DNA from: Octopus vulgaris
Lineage: Eukaryota
Direction of reading: 5' to 3'
DNA length: 64,000 bases
Assembly (NCBI GenBank): GCA_951406725.2
Contig: OX597822.1
Span: forward strand, 40,114,001-40,178,000
Positions 55,276 through 64,000 of the stretch are shown in pieces. The notes below the pieces were generated by a model. The model did not search any database, had not been told where the DNA came from, and saw only the letters and a list, made by a program, of their open reading frames with translations. The stretch's first letter is position 1. The number at the start of each line of letters is the position of its first letter. Both the position numbers and the translations under genes were made by a program.

Positions 55276-55638
55276 ATCTTAGTCCATACATAAAATAGCG
55301 CTCAACAACTGGTGTCACATCTTCCTCTCTCCGCCTCTCTCTCTTTCTCTGTTCAGTTTTAAGTTTTGAGTTCCACCAGGTTTAAATTATTCATGACAGA
55401 CCTTTTGTCACGACTATGCCTCTATGATTCCATAAGTAGCTGATGATCCAAGAATCAAAAACTAGCAATTTTAGTGCAAACTTACGATCTTAATATTGCA
55501 TCATCGACAGGAACATTTCTCACTTAAATTTATTAAATACAAGCTAAATAAAACAGCAACTGTTTTATATTTAAGAGATGAGGAATTATGTACATTATTT
55601 ACATTCGACGGATATTTGTCCTCATCTTGTTTGTTGTT

Positions 55639-55684
55639 AACACAACATTTCGGCTGATATACCCTCCAGTCTTCATCAGGTGTC
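55639..55684 (-). ncRNA. Minimal type I hammerhead ribozyme-like motif
   Basis: GACAC-CUGAUGA-A-GACUG(GAGGGUAUAU)CAGCC-GAAAU-GUU-GUGUU. Confidence 0.65.
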
Positions 55685-55923
55685 TTGGGGGAAATTTCGA
55701 ACCTGGGTTCTCATTCGTAAGGTATTTTTCGATGTTGTTGTTGTAGTTATTATTATTTAGGTCACTGCCTGTAATCGAACTCGGAATCTTGGGGTTAGTA
55801 GCCCGGGCTCTTAACCCCAAGATTCCGAGTTCGATTCCAGGCAGTGACCTGAATAATAATAATAACAACAACAACATCGAAAAATACCTTACGAATGAGA
55901 ACCCAGGTTCGAAATTTCCCCAC

Positions 55924-55969
55924 CTCACCTGATGAAAGCTGGAGGGTATATCAGCCGAAACGTTGTGTT
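55924..55969 (+). ncRNA. Minimal type I hammerhead ribozyme-like motif, intact core
   Basis: CUCAC-CUGAUGA-A-AGCUG(GAGGGUAUAU)CAGCC-GAAAC-GUU-GUGUU; palindromic AACGUU stem III. Confidence 0.7.
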
Positions 55970-58366
55970 AACAACAAACAAGATGAAGACAAATATCTGT
56001 CAATTGTAAATAATGTAAAACAGAAACTTTTTGCCTGGATTAACAAATCTGTCAGGGAATTTAGTTTATAAGCACAAAATTCCAAAGAACAGGTGGTTTT
56101 CTCTGGTTATTTTACTGTTCAGAAAATGCATGATAATTCATAATTCATTAGCTAGGATGCTAGTTTTACTGGCGGAAGCTTTCTTTATCAAAAGCATCGA
56201 GTTTCTGCTTTTGTTGTTTCTTACTGTTGTGAATAATAAACTATCCTGTGAGGCCTACATACTTAGAAACTACTACATTGACTCCACCATTGAATAGCTA
56301 AAGCCTCCAGTCAGTCACTCAGCCTGCTAGAAATAGCAACGCTCTCACTCTAATCACGCTCCATTGTCTTTTGCATAAAAATGACACATGTAGACATACA
56401 TACATACATACTACATTACAAAACAGATTGTTGTGGTTGGAATGCCTTTCAGCGAAGATCTAGATTCAACCGGTTCTAAACAACGTCAACAACAACCACA
56501 TATATGTGAATGGAGTTGGATTAGAAGAAAGATCTGTTATTGTTGAATGATTTGTTATACAAATCTTTCACTGTTAATAGAATTGTATAAGCTCTCTCTC
56601 TCTCACTCTCTCTATCTCACGTGTGTGTGTGTGTATGTATGTATACAAGAACAGAGATTCAATGAATCAAACAGGACTGATAATGAGCTTTGTATACATG
56701 CAGGTTGCGAAACAGCTGTAAACATGGAATAAATATGTCGACTCTCACTTCTGTGAACCTTGGTTGTGTGTGTGTGTGTGTGTATATGCGCAAATACACA
56801 CTACAACCTCTTCTCACCCAGTTATATTACGCCTGAGCAAAAAAAAAAGATAAAGGCTTGAATGAAAGCTACTAGGTTGAAAGCAATTTTATGTGAGCGC
56901 TAGCTGTTTGATGACAAACGGAGCACTTCCTTAATTTTTGTATTCGAGATTGAACAGAGTAATGAGCATATTGCAGTTTTAATGCAACATGGCGCAGCGT
57001 TAGTTAGCGCACTACTCATATATTTTTTTCTTTTTTTTTGAGGCTAATGTTTTTCAATGCCTCTCGTTCTCTTTTGCTGTTTCTCTCTTACTTGCTCTCT
57101 CTCTCACTCTCTCTTACTCACACACACACACACACACATGGAGATTCAACGTCAGACGTCATGTGGTTCCGTTCATGTCATAGCAAACATGAAAATCTAT
57201 TTAAACTCGTCATGACATGCGACATTCTCTACCAAATTCCACACCTTCCCCACCTATTCTATTCTTATTTTTTTCCTGAAGACATAGTTATGTATAGTTG
57301 TGTATGCATCAGTTTATATGTATACATTCATGTACTTATGCACATGTATCTACGTATGTACGGACGTATGTATGCGTGTATGTATATGTATGTATATGTA
57401 CAGGGGTGTATATGACTATGGATGTGTATGTATATGGGCCTGTTATTCTCATTTCTTAAATAATCTTATCTGCATGAAAGAATTTAGTTAATTTAAAAAA
57501 AAAATTTAATTCTCGACTTAAAAAACGAATCAATAGCGAACTGAAAAAACAGATGGGGAGTTGTGGGAGGACAGGGGAGTTGTGGAAGAGAAAGGCCTGT
57601 AGCAGAGGAGGGGTCCATGGCAAGGGAGTAGAGCTGTGGCTAGGGAAGGTCTTTGGTAGGGGAAGGAGCTGTGACAGGTGAAGGGTACTGTTTGCCTCAA
57701 AATTAGGTCAAACACTTAACCCAGTTTATTGCGACAATTCGAGTTCTTCCTCGTTTTTATTTGAAATTTGCATGGGCTGTTGTTGTTACGCATTTAGAAA
57801 GAAAATTATATCATTTTACTGTCTTGCCAAATACATCAAACTGATGATGACAAACATGAGGCTGAAACCCCAACTCTCTCTATATTAGCGTAAAAACTTC
57901 GCCCGTAAGACTGAGTCAGCCATTTTGTTTATTTTTTGTAAAAGACGATATAATTGCTCTTAGTGTTAGTAGCCCCAGGCCAGCTGTGATATTATGACCT
58001 GCACATATTTGACCATTCAACGTTACGCTACCCACAGGTCCATCATGGCAGTAGTAATGTATCACCGTCAAGACAAGGACAATCTTTGATACTATGAACT
58101 GTCATTTCATTGCTGATGAAATGACAGTTTGGTGATATTGCTCTTTCTCCACTGTCTACTCTATTTCTGTGTGGTTGTTAATTCTGGCACCTGGTAGACA
58201 GACCGAAGAATGATAGGATAGGTGCAGAGGAAGTGCAAATGTCCCTCCCTAAGTCTATTATTAATGATATAGACTCCATCACATTCTTTGGAGCTAGTGA
58301 GGTTATCGGTGTTGTAGCTATTTCCTTATCTGAGTTCCGAATGCTGTAATTGAGCTATATATTGAA

Positions 58367-58432
<66 letters not shown>

Positions 58433-59014
58433 TGTTACGTGTGCTGGAGGCTGGAAGTAGATTTTCATATGATAAGGACTGGGAGGTGGATGTCGAAGCT
58501 GTGCCTCTCGCATGTCAAGGTAGCTTTTCATTTTGTTATTTTTCTTTTGTTGTGTAGGTGATTTGTAAGAGTGGTTTGTATACAATCTATGATGACGCGT
58601 AGTTAATTGTGGTTCATTTTGACACGTATCAGATTCCAAATTAAGCTAGTCCATCATGGATCGGGTGTGTTTGTACCCATCGCTATTTCACTTAGTCTGT
58701 TGTGAATACTTTAGGTTTATTTGTGAATCATTCTGTTTTATTCAAATCTTCCATATGTTGTTGTGAGTGTTACGGAGGTGTTGTATGTACCACATGACAT
58801 TTTTTTTCTTTTGTGCATGTGGTCTGCTTAAGTTGTTGTATATGATGATTGGTTATATTTGACGGTCTCTAGAGTCATTGGTAGGGAGAACAGCAAATTT
58901 CTTAAAAAGAGAGGTTTACCTCTCTTATTTTTGTTTTAGAAAGGTAATTTTTGGGGGGTAATTTACATTATTCGGAAAAGTGTGATGGCTTAAGGGAAAA
59001 CAATTAACTTACCC

Positions 59015-59385
59015 ATTTACTTGTTTCAGTCATTTTGACTGTGGTCATGATGGAGCACCACCTTTAGTCGAGCAAATTGACCCCAGGACTTATTTTTTGT
59101 AAGCCTAGTTCTTTTTCTATCGGTCTCTTTTGCTTAATTTACGTGGTCGTAAACACACCAACATCGGTTGTCAAGCGAAGTTGGGGGGACAAACACACAC
59201 ACGCGCGCATATATATACATATATACGACGAGCTTTTTTCAGTTTCCGTCTACCAAATCCTCTCAGAAGGCTTTGGTCGGCCCGATGCTATAGTAGAAGA
59301 CACTTGCCCAAGATGCCACGCAGTGGGACTGAACCTGGAACCATATGGTTCGTAGGCAAGCTACTAACCACACAGCCACTCCTAC
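59015..59385 (-). mobile_element. SINE family A
   Basis: Full block order. Confidence 0.9.
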
Positions 59386-60038
59386 TTGATGAAAAATTTG
59401 AAATGTTTTACGTGTTGTTTAGGAGAATAACTTACAGATTTCAGAACGCTTTAAATTTTTCAAATATCTGAAGATTTGATCGAGATAGGTAATTTTTCTC
59501 AGATAAGCAGGCGCTGCTCAAGAAATAGGTCTTTTCAAGAAAACAGTGTTTGAAGTTGAGACACATCTCAGAACAAAAGACTTTTCACAACTTTAAGCTT
59601 TTCTCATTCATAAAATGTGTAGGACTCCTTGTATTCAAGCTATTGTCATTTGCTACAACTAGTTATAAATATTTAGTATTGATGTCGACCCCGTTTTTCT
59701 CAGTTGTTTATTTAGAGACAACCGACGGGTTTACTCATGCGCCATTACATGTTATAGAAGTGTCTGGGAAGAGTGTAATGGGAAGATGTGAGAGTAATGT
59801 GATTTTCAGATATGAGTAAGCTTTGTGGTGATGTGAAGTGATCCTGTTAGTAAAAGTTGAAAAGAGTGGCTGAGAAGATGGCGCCCTGAGATACTCCATT
59901 CGGGAAATTGCAGCAGCTTGTACATAACATAGGTTTGAAAATACAAATAATGCGTTAGTTAGCGTTTGGTATAGTTTCATAATACGGAATTAAGCAGTTA
60001 TATGCTGTAGTAATAAACGCATAGCATCCATAGAATCG

Positions 60039-60332
60039 TGGAGGCACATGGCCTAGTGGTTAGAGCAGCGGACTCGCGGTCGAGGGATCGCGGGTTCGAA
60101 TCTCAGACCGAGCGATGTGTGTGTTTATGAACGAAACACCTAAGCTCCACACGGCTCCAAAAGAAGGTAACGGCGAAATTTTGCTGACTCTTTCGCCACA
60201 ACTTTCTCTCACTCTTCCCTACTGCATCAAGCAGCTCACCTGCGACGGACCGGTGTCCCGTGCAGGTGGAGAACCTATACGCCAATGAAATCGAGAAACT
60301 AGCCTTTATGACTCGAGAAGGAACGAACAACA
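60039..60332 (+). mobile_element. tRNA-derived SINE family C
   Basis: A box TGGCCTAGTGG, B box GGTTCGAATCT, body motif CCTGCGACGGACCGGTGTCCCGT, AACAAC tail. Confidence 0.8.
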
Positions 60333-60342
60333 ATCATAGAAA

Positions 60343-60792
60343 CGCGAGCTGGCAGAAACTTTAGCACGCCGGGCGAAATACTTGACGGTATTTCGTCCGT
60401 GTGAACCTTTTGGATTCAAATTCCGCCGAAACCGACTTTGCCTTTCATCCTTTCGGAGTCGATAAATTAAGTACCAGTTACGCATTGGGGTCGATGTAAT
60501 CGACTTAATCCCTTTGTCTGTCCTTGTTTGTCCCCTCTATGTTTAGCCCCTTGTGAGCAATAAAGAAATAAGAAACGCATATATTTATTTCTTTATTGCT
60601 CACAGGTTCTAAACATAGAGGGGACAACCAAAAAGAAACAAAGAGTTAAGTCGATTACATTGACCCAAGTGCGTAACTGGTACTTTTTTAATTGACCCCG
60701 AGAGGATGAAAGGCAATCGACCTCGGCGGAATTTGAACTCAGAACGTAACGGCAGACGTAATACTGATAAGCATTTCGCCTGGCGTGTTAGC
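60343..60792. mobile_element. Tail-to-tail inverted family B SINEs with a 13-nt spacer
   Basis: Plus copy 60343-60571, minus copy 60585-60792. Confidence 0.9.
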
Positions 60793-61194
60793 GCATATAC
60801 TCGTATTGAACAATAGCATACCTTCACCACCACGCCTACCATATACACTAAGACCAACACCACTGCCAATCATTACTACTATTTTCTCACTCTAAGGCCA
60901 CCACCACCGTCGCCGCCGCAGCAGCCAACTCTGTGAGAAGGGAGACAGATGATAGTGAAAGTAGACAAAAGTCAAGGATGTGTAGATTGTTGCTACTGAC
61001 ATATGTCACTTACACACGCAGATATGACGAATAATGTCAAGAATAGAATCGACAACTACCTTTACACTCATACCTCCCACTAGATCGCCATGTGACCCAG
61101 TTTCCAATACAAACGAAGGTGGATAAATTATGTTTTACTTAAAAGATTTGTTTATGGCAGGTGTAGCAGCATCAATGGTAGCCAAACGACCAGA

Positions 61195-61643
61195 TAGCGA
61201 AGTGGCAGAATTGTTAACATGCTAGGTAAAATGCTTAGCGACATTTTGTCTGTTCTTACGTTCTGAGTTCAAATTCAGCCGAGGTCGACTTTGTCTTTCA
61301 TACTTCCAGGGTCAATAAATTAAGCACCAGTGAAACACTGGGGTCGATGTAATCGATTATTCCCCTTTCCCAACAAATTTGAGGTCTTGTGCCTATAGTA
61401 GAAAGGATTGTTATTATTATTAAAGGCGGCGAGCTGGGAGAATCGTTAGCGCGCCGGACGAAATGCTTAGCGGTATTTCGCCCGACGCTGCGTTCTGAGT
61501 TCAAATTTCGCAGGGTCGACTTTACCTTTCATTCTTTCAGGGTCGATAAAATAAGTACCAGTTGGACACTGGGGTTGATGTTATCGACTCATCCCCTTCC
61601 CCCAAATTGTTGGCCTTGTGCCAAAATTTGAAACTACTACTAC

Positions 61644-61694
<51 letters not shown>

Positions 61695-62120
61695 GTATTA
61701 CGTCCGTCTTTGCGTTCTGAGTTCAAATTCTTTCGACTTTATCTTTCATCTTTTCGGAGTCAATGATATAAGTGCCAGTTACGCATTGGGGTCGATATAA
61801 TCGATTAGCCCTCTCCCTAAAAATTCAGGCGTCTTGCCTTTAGTAGAAAGGATTATTATTATTTAGGCGGCGAGCTGGCAGACTTGTTAGCACGCGGGGC
61901 GAAATGCTTAGCTGCATTTCGTCCATCTCTACATTCTGAGTTCAAATTCCGCCGAGGTCGACTTTGCTTTTAATCCTTTCGGGATCAATGCAATTGACTT
62001 AACCCCTCTCCCAAAATTTCAGGTCTTGTGCCTATAGCAGAAAGGATCATCATCATTATTATTGTTAAGGCGGTGTGCTGGTAGAATCGTTAGCACGCCG
62101 GAAAATGCTTAGCTGTTTTT
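61195..62120 (+). mobile_element. Head-to-tail cluster of four to five family B SINEs joined by (ATT)n
   Basis: Heads or bodies at about 61195, 61424, 61700, 61865 and 62068. Confidence 0.85.
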
Positions 62121-62565
62121 CACTCGTCTGTCTCTCCACAGGAATGGGTTAAGTAGGCTTTGGGGATTTATAAAATAGCGAAATATGAAGAGTCTGTTAA
62201 GAGCGAACAAGCTCATAAAACAGGAGTCTATCTGGATTCCTGATCAAATGGGGCGCCAGTGTGTCGCAAATTTAAACCTACGTGCTAATGATATTCAGTT
62301 ATAGTTGAATATACTGTGTCGATGTGAAACATAGTGCCTATTCCGAGAATTGAACAATAGCAAGACCTACCCGAAAATACGAAAGAGAGTCGGGTAAAAT
62401 AGCGAAATAATTGTAAAATATTTCAAAATTTAAATATCAGAAAAAAATTGAACGCTATAAAATTATGAAAGAGCTGGCAGAATCGCTAGCGCGCCGGACT
62501 AATTGCTTAGTAGCATGTTCTTTACGTTCTGAGTTCAAATTCCGTCAAGGTCGACTTTATCTTTC

Positions 62566-62972
62566 GGCGTAGGAATGGCTGTGTGGTTAGTAGCTTGCTT
62601 ACCAACCACATGGTTCCGAGTTCAGTCCCACTGCATGGCACCTTGGGCAATTGTCTTCTACTATAGTCTCGGGCCGATCAAAGCATTGTGAGGGGATTTG
62701 GTAGACGGAAACTGAAAGAAGCCCGTCGTATACATATGCATATAAATATGTGTGTGTGTATGTTTGTGTGTGTGTGTTTGTCCCCCCAACATCGCTTGAA
62801 ACCGATGCTGGTGTGTTTACATCCCCGTATCTTAGCGGTTCGGCGAAAGAGACCGATAGAATAAGTACTAAGCTTACAAAGAATAAGTCCTGGGGTTGAT
62901 TAGCTCGACTAAAGGCGGTGCTCCAGCAAGGCCGCAGTCAAATGACTGAAACAATTAAAAGAGTAAAAGAGT
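62566..62972 (+). mobile_element. SINE family A, full length
   Basis: All blocks intact; directly follows a truncated family B copy (62470-62565). Confidence 0.9.
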
Positions 62973-63841
62973 ATGAGAATATTTGGAACGTTCTTGCAAC
63001 AAGTGAACAATATTTTCTTCTTCGTTCCTTTAGAGTATAATTTCTAAAAATATATTATGATGGCAATAAAATACAGTGGTGGCCGGAAGTGGTGGTAGAA
63101 ATGTCATTAAAAATTTAAAGATGGAGTCAAGAAGTAAGATGAAAGCGATCGTCATCATTATGAGTTACAGAGAATTAGCTGTGGGGTTTTTTTTTTAGCA
63201 AAGATGGCGGCTGTGAGGAACAATAAAGCAAAATTTTATAAAATTGATTAAAATTTGAATTTTTTAAGGTTTTTATTAACATTTTAGATTAATCCAACTG
63301 CTTGTTTAAGGTTTTACAGTTTTGCATTACGATCATAAGATATACATTATTAAAATACATATTCATTGAGTGTGTGTATGCGTGTCTGTACGTTGGCGGA
63401 TATTCATGTAGAAATACATTTGTGCCGAATTGCTTATGCACACTTAATATATAAAATCGGTCAATAGATTATTCTAAATGTCAAATACACGCGAAAACAC
63501 AAACGCACACGCACAAACGTTTGTGTATATAATACTAAAGTACAACAGCAGCAGTGTGGGGATAAATTAATCAGTCTCTTTACACAACACTTTGAAATAA
63601 ATGTTTATTGAATATTTCGATGAGAAATATTTAAATATTCTTACGTTGCTTATATATAAGCGCAGGCGTGGCTGTGTGGTAAGAACCTTGCTTCTCAACC
63701 GCATGGTTCCGGGAAGGCAGCAAGCTGGCAGCAAAGTTAGCACGCCGGGCCGGGCGAAATGCTTAGTGATATTTCGTTTGCTTTTAGGATCTGAGTTCAA
63801 ATTCCGCCGAGGTCGACTTTGCCTTTCACCCTTTATAGGAG

Positions 63842-63873
<32 letters not shown>

Positions 63874-63926
63874 ATGTGTGTGTGTGTGTATGTGTGTATG
63901 TATGTATGTATGTATGTATGTATGTA

Positions 63927-64000
63927 CTAGCAATATCGCCCGGCGTTGCTCAGGTTTGTAAGGGAAATAACTATAAAGCATTTTTAGAGAGTTATAGCCA
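63927..64000 (-). mobile_element. Helitron-like 3' terminus
   Basis: A|CTAGCAATATCGCCCGGCGTTGCTCAGG is the reverse complement of a GC-rich subterminal stretch followed by CTAG|T. Confidence 0.6.

Larger units (their letters stand above)
55562..56017. mobile_element. Palindromic tRNA-head plus hammerhead element with probable target-site duplication
   Basis: Arms of about 205 bp around loop 55798-55811; TAAAACAG(C/A)AACT at 55549-55561 and 56016-56028. Confidence 0.85.

Noticed and set aside
60039-60110. tRNA gene candidates (also 53665-53730)
   Set aside because: A and B boxes present but no paired acceptor stem; they run into SINE bodies.
62120-62178. Strong acceptor CTGTCTCTCCACAG giving an in-phase R-N
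   Set aside because: Continues NGLSRLWGFIK* with no EAAT similarity; at most a cryptic site.

Overview
AT-rich, repeat-saturated animal DNA, most likely an octopus (inferred from the SINE families and extreme microsatellite load). The only credible host gene is the 5' part of an SLC1A/EAAT-type glutamate transporter on the + strand. Its first coding exon spans 24328-24866, it has a probable long AUG-depleted 5' UTR from 23482 and a candidate upstream non-coding exon near 20730-20830, and it is followed by an intron of more than 39 kb with no next exon visible. The rest is several tRNA-derived SINE families, Tc1/mariner, Helitron and LINE remnants, and microsatellites; almost all ORF-track entries are repeat artefacts. 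The most unusual signal is a set of palindromic head-to-head elements carrying Penelope-type hammerhead ribozyme motifs. One family is fused to a tRNA-derived Pol III head (53.6 kb, 55.6 kb) and another has a greatly extended stem II (40.3-40.9 kb); both lie in the transporter intron. Repeat boundaries were read by eye and are approximate.
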